From NCBI GenBank assembly GCA_964621755.1, contig CAZUPI010000007.1, forward strand, positions 7,016-71,015: 64,000 nucleotides of DNA, given 5' to 3'. This document shows positions 53,485-60,017 of the stretch, piece after piece. How positions within the stretch are numbered: position 1 is the stretch's first letter; every line of letters starts with the position of its first letter. This DNA comes from an uncultured Ruminococcus sp. (GTDB lineage Bacteria > Bacillota > Clostridia > Oscillospirales > CAG-272). A program made the translations under genes and the position numbers. The notes beneath the pieces are model-generated. The model saw only the letters and a program-made list of their open reading frames with translations. It searched no databases and was not told the origin of the DNA.

Positions 53485-53862
53485 TTATTTTAACCTCTGT
53501 GGGAGTCCGCAAAATATTCTTGTTACCTCCTCAGCTTCACGCGAGAGATAGATGCACAACCTTCCCGTTTCCTCACGCCATGCGCGCATGTCCGCACCCA
53601 GTGGAACGACTCCACAGAAGATGTCGCAGCAAATCAAAACTGAATTCCGCCACACCTCTGCATGGTTTTGAAACGCCGTAAGCGCGTGGATTCCGTTCCG
53701 TACACAGAATAAGGTGTACTCCTCAATTCGATAGATACATGGCTTGCCAAAGTCAATGTGCCCGCTTTCCGTACAAGTGCAGATATCCTCCTTGGCGAGT
53801 TTATAATGATTTTGTGCGTATTCCAACTTTCCCTGATACGCACCGCCGAGAATCAGATTCAT
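53485..53862 (-). CDS. Short, degenerate CobU-like protein (125 aa)
   Basis: N-terminal LILGGAYQGKLEYAQ aligns to the CobU P-loop but lacks GK[ST]. The C-terminal VLICCDIFCGVVPLGADMRAWREETGRL aligns to the CobU C-terminus. The middle region is absent. Confidence 0.6.
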   Translation of the reverse strand: MNLILGGAYQGKLEYAQNHYKLAKEDICTCTESGHIDFGKPCIYRIEEYTLFCVRNGIHALTAFQNHAEVWRNSVLICCDIFCGVVPLGADMRAWREETGRLCIYLSREAEEVTRIFCGLPQRLK

Positions 53863-53874
53863 AGTAAGTATACC

Positions 53875-54624
53875 TCATAAAAAAGCAAGTACAACAATGC
53901 CGCAAAGCTCGCCGATTGTCAGCGCGTAGCCGGAAATATCCCCGGACATCCCATCCAGTGACTTAAAAGCACGGTGCAGCGCCAAACCATACCCGAGATA
54001 AACCGCCGGAACCACCAGCCCACCTATCCCGAGAATCAGAAATCCAAGAACAGCTGTTGCCAACATCACTGCTGCAAACCATATGATGTGTGATTTTTTT
54101 ATCCCTTTGCGGTAAGCGCCTGCATATTCGCTTGTCGAAATGGGGCGCAGCAGCGTGACTGCCAATCCGGCCACAGCACGGGAGGCGATGGGAATAAAAA
54201 TCAACGCGAGCAGGCGGGTTCCTTCATGAAAGGAGGCAAATGCCGCAAACTGTATCATTACGATCAAAGCGCAGGCAATTACAGCAAAGGATCCGGAGGT
54301 GGGGTCCTTTAAAATACGCCTCCGTTCTTCGAGGTCGCGCCACGATTTCACAGCATCGGTCGTGTCGAGAAAGCCGTCAAAGTGCATGAATCCGGTTACA
54401 AGAAAGGGATAAGCACATAAAACTGCCGCCGCAAGCAGGTAAGGGACTGGCAGCAGCTTCAGCAGATACGCCAAAACTGCCCATATAGCGCCAATCCACG
54501 CGCCCACAATCGGGAGAAACAGCGTCATCAACGGACGAGCCTCCTCATCCCAGCCATGATACGGAGACGGAATTGCACAAAACATGGAAAATGCCATCAT
54601 ACAGCCGCGCAGATATTTTTTCAC
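53875..54624 (-). CDS. cobS: Adenosylcobinamide-GDP ribazoletransferase (cobalamin synthase)
   Basis: AFSMFCAIP...HFDGFLDTTDA motif; multi-pass membrane protein of 249 aa. Confidence 0.9.
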   Translation of the reverse strand: MKKYLRGCMMAFSMFCAIPSPYHGWDEEARPLMTLFLPIVGAWIGAIWAVLAYLLKLLPVPYLLAAAVLCAYPFLVTGFMHFDGFLDTTDAVKSWRDLEERRRILKDPTSGSFAVIACALIVMIQFAAFASFHEGTRLLALIFIPIASRAVAGLAVTLLRPISTSEYAGAYRKGIKKSHIIWFAAVMLATAVLGFLILGIGGLVVPAVYLGYGLALHRAFKSLDGMSGDISGYALTIGELCGIVVLAFL

Positions 54625-55169
54625 AGGTCAAATTCCCCCTTATAAGATATGACATTTCCGGCGCACAACTCAAGTACAACGTCACAGACCTCAGCAAGTG
54701 CGCGGTCAAGCGACGCCAATCCACGGCGGTAGGCTTCGGTATATTCGTCATAGCGTGCGGCGTCAGAATAAAGATAATCCGAAACAAAGACCGCATTTTC
54801 CACTTTCGCTGAGAATGCAAGAAGGTCCGCCTTTACTTTTTCAAGAGCACTTTTATCAAGCTCCCAGTTGTTTTCCGCAGGATACATCTCGTTCATCAAA
54901 AGGGCGGTTATGCTATCAACGAGAAAAACGCCGTTTTTGTCAACTTCATCCGTTACCACGGTCGGAAGATTCCGTCCGCATTCGAGCGTCTGAAAACCCA
55001 TTCCACGGCGGTTTTCAACATGACGCGCGATTCTTTGCCTGTCTTCTTCATCAGAGGGAATCATCGTGGCGACATAGTAAAGATTGCCGGAACCGGCCAG
55101 TTTCACAGCGGCAGTCTGCGCAAAATTCGACTTTCCATTTTTGCACCCGCCGGAAATTAGTATTTTCAT
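54621..55169 (-). CDS. cobU: Bifunctional adenosylcobinamide kinase / adenosylcobinamide-phosphate guanylyltransferase
   Basis: ILISGGCKNGKSNFAQ P-loop and YVATMIPSDEEDRQRIARH with the candidate guanylyl-His. It overlaps cobS and cobT. Confidence 0.85.
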   Translation of the reverse strand: MKILISGGCKNGKSNFAQTAAVKLAGSGNLYYVATMIPSDEEDRQRIARHVENRRGMGFQTLECGRNLPTVVTDEVDKNGVFLVDSITALLMNEMYPAENNWELDKSALEKVKADLLAFSAKVENAVFVSDYLYSDAARYDEYTEAYRRGLASLDRALAEVCDVVLELCAGNVISYKGEFDL

Positions 55170-56605
55170 TCTGCACCGTCCTCTTTGACTGTAAAAGAGT
55201 CTTTTTTTCGGATTTCCTCAAGATAGCTGTCGTCGATTCCAGCTTCGTCAAATGTTGCCATATCGTTCATCACGGCACAGGCTGCGTCGATAACTTGAAA
55301 GGCAATTGGGCATCCGCTTCCCTCGCCGAGACGCATTCCCAAGTTCAGCATGGGAGAAAGTCCCAATTCCCGCATGGCAACGCGATAGCCGATTTCATAT
55401 GACGCGTGGGAGGGAATCAAATACTCTCGAACCGTCGGACACAGCTTTACCGCAAGCAGCGCAGCTGTGACAGAGATAAATCCATCCATCACAGCCGGAA
55501 TTTTCGCGGAAGCGGCGCCAAGAAATGCACCCGCCATTGCCGCAATATCCAGTCCTCCGACTTTTGACACGACATCCAGCGGGTCTTCCGGATTGGGTGC
55601 GTTGACCGCAATTGCCCGCTCAATTACCTGAATTTTATGTAAATAACCTTCATCTGTCATACCGCCGCCTCGTCCCGTTACCATGCGAACCGGTTCGCCG
55701 GAAAAAACGGCAAGTACTGCTGCAGAAGTAGTCGTATTACCTATCCCCATTTCTCCTACACCAACAATGTTGTATCCCTCATTTGCTGCGCGAATCGCCA
55801 GTTCCGCACCGATTACCATAGCTTCAACCGCCTGTTTGCGCGTCATAGCGGGGACCTTTGCGATGTTTTGCGTGCCGTAGGAGATTTTTTTGTGGATGAC
55901 AGCAGGCTCATGAATATCAGCATTGACGCCTACATCACAGACCCAAAGTTCGCACCCGAAGTGATGTGCCAAAACTGCGGCCCCGGTTTTGCCGCGCACC
56001 AGATTTATGGTCTGCGCCAGCGTCACAGACTGTGGCGTGCAGGCGACCCCTTCTTCCACTACGCCGTTGTCCGCCGCAAAAACAAGCAGGAGTCTTTTGT
56101 CGATGGCGTTGTGAATTCGTCCGGTGATTCCGGCGAGCTGAATGGAAAGTTCCTCAAGCGTTCCAAGGCTGCCTGGGGGCTTGGCAAGCTGAGCCTGCCG
56201 TTTGCGTGCCGCATCCATGGTATCGGAATTAAGAAAAGTGATGGATGAAAGGATTTGTGTGAGTTTTTCTTCGTTATTCTTACATGCTATATCCATATCT
56301 GCGTTGGTTTCTGTATTGGAGGTATCTTTTGTTTCTCTCTTTTGTGCTTTTTTCATTTCATTCCGCCGCCGTTTGGAACGGATTCGCTTTTCACGATTCA
56401 ACTTGATGCGGTCGTCTTGGCGCGGGGGCTTGATTCCCGCAGCTTCAAGGGCGCGCGGCCACGGTCCGAGGAAGGCTTTGATTGCGCTCACTTCGTCATT
56501 GGCAAAATCCGAACGCTGCGGATAGCGTGTATCTCCATGCTCGCGGAGAAATTTATGCTTTTTGCACAGGATGTCAATGCAAGTCTCGCGGGTGAATTTC
56601 GCCAT
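55166..56605 (-). CDS. cobT: Nicotinate-nucleotide--dimethylbenzimidazole phosphoribosyltransferase CobT with an N-terminal extension of about 110 aa
   Basis: The CobT core starts about residue 112 (LAKPPGSLGTLEELSIQLAGI, GEMGIGNTT). The start was chosen at MAKFTRETC (AAGGAGG RBS). Confidence 0.85.
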   Translation of the reverse strand: MAKFTRETCIDILCKKHKFLREHGDTRYPQRSDFANDEVSAIKAFLGPWPRALEAAGIKPPRQDDRIKLNREKRIRSKRRRNEMKKAQKRETKDTSNTETNADMDIACKNNEEKLTQILSSITFLNSDTMDAARKRQAQLAKPPGSLGTLEELSIQLAGITGRIHNAIDKRLLLVFAADNGVVEEGVACTPQSVTLAQTINLVRGKTGAAVLAHHFGCELWVCDVGVNADIHEPAVIHKKISYGTQNIAKVPAMTRKQAVEAMVIGAELAIRAANEGYNIVGVGEMGIGNTTTSAAVLAVFSGEPVRMVTGRGGGMTDEGYLHKIQVIERAIAVNAPNPEDPLDVVSKVGGLDIAAMAGAFLGAASAKIPAVMDGFISVTAALLAVKLCPTVREYLIPSHASYEIGYRVAMRELGLSPMLNLGMRLGEGSGCPIAFQVIDAACAVMNDMATFDEAGIDDSYLEEIRKKDSFTVKEDGAE

Positions 56606-56630
56606 GTACCAGTCGCCTCCTTCGCGGAAC

Positions 56631-56895
56631 AAAAAAAGCGCTTTCATTGCCGATAAAAGACAACAAAAGCGCAACAATTCAAAGCCATACGGAACGAGCG
56701 CTCACGTATGACTTAAAATGGCTGCACTTTTCATGTCCAAAATGTACCGAATGATTCGGTATGCCAGTGCAATATGGTAAGTATTCCGACTTATGCGGTC
56801 CATCCACAATCACGGTAATGACGGTTGCGACGGAATTTCACCGAACTTCCCTCTAATCCGTATGGTATACGGAACCATATTGCATATTATTTTAG
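56631..56895 (-). promoter_or_regulatory. Cobalamin riboswitch with terminator expression platform
   Basis: The minus strand reads AGAGGGAAGTTCGGTGAAATTCCGTCGCAACCGTCATTACCGTGA...ATAAGTCGGAATACTTACC (B12 box). This is followed by GCGCTTT...AAAGCGC plus T7 just before the cobT RBS. Confidence 0.8.
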
Positions 56896-56902
56896 TTTTG
56901 TC

Positions 56903-56931
56903 ATTATAGCATATCCTGTCGAAAAAGTCAA
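56903..56931 (-). promoter_or_regulatory. Promoter TTGACT-17-TATAAT for the cobT riboswitch operon
   Basis: Minus-strand hexamers at 56931..56926 and 56908..56903. Confidence 0.65.
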
Positions 56932-57029
56932 TACACAAATGTTGAGGAAGCTCGGCAGCAGCATAAAATCACACGTTCTCTATAGGAATTCAGCGAGTAG
57001 GGACTTTGTGGTATCCACGGGCTTGAAGC

Positions 57030-59624
57030 TTACGGTAAAGCTTTCCCCTCCCGACTGAGTTTTTTCAGTATCGCTCTGATTTCCTCATCTACCGCGAGTA
57101 TTTCTTCGCGGAATTCGCGTGCAGACAACCGCAAAACGCCTGAACGCAGCGCCTGCAGCTGGATAAGTCCATCTGAGGTAACTACACGCACCGAGAAATC
57201 CTTACCAATCTCACGGATCAGTTTTTCAATGTAGATGTCTCCCAGCTCGCCCTCTTTGGTGTAAACAATGTGAAGTCCGTGATAGTCAAACTTTCGCTCT
57301 ACAGAACATTTTACGTTGTATGCGTCAAATACCACAATCATATCGCGGCCGGTATATGCCTGATAATTTGCCAGTATGTCACACAGACTTTGCCGTGCAT
57401 GTTCCAGGTCGTTTTCGGCGATGGCGGCAAGCTCGTCCCAGGCGAAAATTACATTGTATCCGTCTACAATATATAAAGATTTTTTGTATTTTACATTTCC
57501 AGCATTTGCTATCTGCGGCTTCTTCGGGCCACCGTAGACCTTTCTCTTAATGGGGCCAAATTCGCGTTCCATGATAGACTCAAGTTCTTTTTCGTCAATG
57601 TTAAGGTTCTTTTGGATAACCTGCGGCTCCGCAAGCTGTATTTTGTCTTCTTCCGTAGCAGATTCCAGATTCAGCCCCTCAAGATGCATGTACTGCGGAA
57701 CCATCGCCCACGGGACAATAAACCCCGCGCCGTGCGAGCAGAAAACCGAATCCGGCGTATTGTCAATATCCGCTTCGGGATTATATCGGAATTCGCTAAG
57801 AACTTCATCGGTGTTATGGCAGGGAAAATATCCCTCAACCCTGCATGAAAATTTTCCTTTCCCATGAGTATAGGCTGCCACTTCGCGTGCATGTCCACCA
57901 ATGGCCGCAACGGGCGCTCTTCCCACAAGAACGGAGGTGCCGACATCCGCTTCATGTTCGTCAAACGTTCCAAATCGCGCGAGAATATCCGATATCGCGC
58001 GTCCAACATATTCGCCGGGGAGTTCCAATCGGAAGGAATAATACGGCTCCAGAAGAACCGTTTTCCCATGTGACGAGGCGGTCATCAAGCCCTGTCTGAC
58101 TGCGCGGTAAGTGGACTCCCGAAAATCGCCGCCTTGCGTATGCTTGAGGTGCGCACGACCGGAAACCAGAGTGATTTTCATATCCGTAATCGGAGAACCG
58201 GTCATGACGCCAAGGTGCTGTTTCTCCTCAAGATGGGTGAGAATCAGTCTTTGCCAGTTTCTCTCAAGAAAGCTCTCGTTGCAGACCGTATCAAATACAA
58301 GTCCGCTCCCCCGTTCAAGAGGTTCCAAAAGAAGATGCACTTCCGCATAATGACGCAGCGGCTCAAAATGCCCTACCCCCTCGACTGGCTCTGTGATGGT
58401 CTCTTTATACATAATTCGTCCGTCGTCAAAGCTGACATCTACACCATACCGTTCGGATATCAGGCTGACAAGTACCTCTGTCTGCACCTGCCCCATAACC
58501 TGAGCGTGGATTTCCCCAAAACGTTCGTTCCATACGATATGCAGAAGCGGCTCCTCCTCTTCAAGCATTTGCAGCTTCGGAAGAATCGTCCGGGCGTCCA
58601 CCTCTTTTGGCAGGGTGATGCGGTAGTTCAGCACGGGCTCAAGGTACGGTCTTCCGGATGATTCCGCTTCTCCAAGCCCCTGACCAGCATAGGTTTTGCT
58701 CAATCCGACAACTGCACATACATCTCCCGCCTGAGCGGTTTCGAGACTATCGAATTTGGCACCGGAGTACATGCGTATAGAGGTGATTTTTTCTTCAATC
58801 GGTTCGCTTGCCCCAAGGGGAAGATAAGAGAGAGGCTGCCTGACCGACAGTGTCCCACCAGTCAACTTCATATATGTGAGCCGTGCCCCGTTTTTATCAT
58901 GTGCGATTTTGTACACCCGTGCTGCAAACGATTCCGAAGCAGTAGAATATTCCTGTTCAACAGTATACCGATCCAAAGCGTCGAGAAGCTGCTCAATCCC
59001 TTCGAGCTTTAAACCGCTGCCGAAGAAACAGGGAAACAGCCTGCGTTTCCGTATCAGACTGGCAATATCCTTATCTTCAACTGTGCCGCTATTCATATAT
59101 TTTTCAAGGATATCTTCATCGGTCATTGCGATTTGCTCATCACGGTCTGCCGCATCACGGAAATCGATACATCTGTGGTCAAGTCCGGCGGAGAGTCCTC
59201 GCATGATTTCGCGTTCATCGCACCCTGCAAGGTCCATTTTTGTCACAAAAATAAAGGTTGGCACGCGGTAGCGTTCCAGCAAATGCCAAAGTGTTTCCGT
59301 ATGCGCTTGCACACCTTCTGATCCGCTGATAACAAGTATCGCATAATCCAGAACCGACAAGGTTCGTTCTGTTTCCGCAGAAAAGTCGACATGCCCAGGA
59401 GTATCAAGGAGCGTTATCTGCAAATTCCCAGTTGTGATGATTGCCTGCTTGGAGAAAATGGTGATACCACGTTCACGCTCGAGCTCATGTGTGTCGAGGT
59501 ACGTATTTCGCCAGTCGACTCTACCGGGCTTTTTTATTTTTCCGGTTGTATATAAAAGCGCCTCAGACAGAGTCGTTTTACCCGCGTCCACATGCGCCAA
59601 AATTCCGATAACCTGTTTTTTCAT
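57030..59624 (-). CDS. Translational GTPase (TetM/EF-G-like, five-domain) fused to a C-terminal Rae1/YacP-type NYN ribonuclease domain
   Basis: G1 AHVDAGKTT, G3 DTPGH, G4 TKMD, and blocks collinear with ribosomal-protection proteins to about residue 640. Residues 716-864 (nt 57033..57479) read LYIVDGYNVIFAW...MIVVFDAYNV...IVYTKEGELGDIYIEKL...VVTSDGLIQ, collinear with B. subtilis Rae1/YacP. Confidence 0.85.
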   Translation of the reverse strand: MKKQVIGILAHVDAGKTTLSEALLYTTGKIKKPGRVDWRNTYLDTHELERERGITIFSKQAIITTGNLQITLLDTPGHVDFSAETERTLSVLDYAILVISGSEGVQAHTETLWHLLERYRVPTFIFVTKMDLAGCDEREIMRGLSAGLDHRCIDFRDAADRDEQIAMTDEDILEKYMNSGTVEDKDIASLIRKRRLFPCFFGSGLKLEGIEQLLDALDRYTVEQEYSTASESFAARVYKIAHDKNGARLTYMKLTGGTLSVRQPLSYLPLGASEPIEEKITSIRMYSGAKFDSLETAQAGDVCAVVGLSKTYAGQGLGEAESSGRPYLEPVLNYRITLPKEVDARTILPKLQMLEEEEPLLHIVWNERFGEIHAQVMGQVQTEVLVSLISERYGVDVSFDDGRIMYKETITEPVEGVGHFEPLRHYAEVHLLLEPLERGSGLVFDTVCNESFLERNWQRLILTHLEEKQHLGVMTGSPITDMKITLVSGRAHLKHTQGGDFRESTYRAVRQGLMTASSHGKTVLLEPYYSFRLELPGEYVGRAISDILARFGTFDEHEADVGTSVLVGRAPVAAIGGHAREVAAYTHGKGKFSCRVEGYFPCHNTDEVLSEFRYNPEADIDNTPDSVFCSHGAGFIVPWAMVPQYMHLEGLNLESATEEDKIQLAEPQVIQKNLNIDEKELESIMEREFGPIKRKVYGGPKKPQIANAGNVKYKKSLYIVDGYNVIFAWDELAAIAENDLEHARQSLCDILANYQAYTGRDMIVVFDAYNVKCSVERKFDYHGLHIVYTKEGELGDIYIEKLIREIGKDFSVRVVTSDGLIQLQALRSGVLRLSAREFREEILAVDEEIRAILKKLSREGKALP

Positions 59625-60017
59625 ATTCGTCCTTATTCAAACAAAACGTAAATTCGATTGAAAGATGCTTTTGAAAAGCACCTCCCCGAACCCTTTTATA
59701 AAAAACATTCAAACAATAAATTAAAGTTATTCCGAAAACTTATCGAACTCACTTTAAACATAATTATATTATTATATCACGGACATGCTGTAATTTCTAC
59801 GATAAAAATGTAAATGCGTGAAGATTTCTATAAAATATTGACCGAATATTCTGACGGGAATTGTAGGAGTTCAGAATATCGAAGAAGAGAAATACAATAT
59901 TGTTTGATTTCCATAAAAAGGAAGGAACCATTGCAAATTTATGAAATCCATGCTATAATAGCGGCAGAAGATGTGTTCTGCAAAAATTTATCAAATAATA
60001 TACCAAATGGAGGCAGC

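Noticed and set aside
56273-56605. Homing endonuclease or mobile intein-like element at the 5' end of cobT
   Set aside because: Only the small helical repeat-like module is present. No HNH, LAGLIDADG or GIY-YIG catalytic motif is present, there are no flanking repeats, and the reading frame is continuous with CobT.
57030-59624. Calling the GTPase a tetracycline-resistance ribosomal protection gene (tet(M)/tet(O)-like)
   Set aside because: The similarity I can see is at the family level only (G motifs and domain order). Clostridia carry many TetM-like paralogues of unknown function, the C-terminal NYN fusion is not a feature of known Tet proteins, and there is no mobile-element context. A resistance call would need a database identity check.
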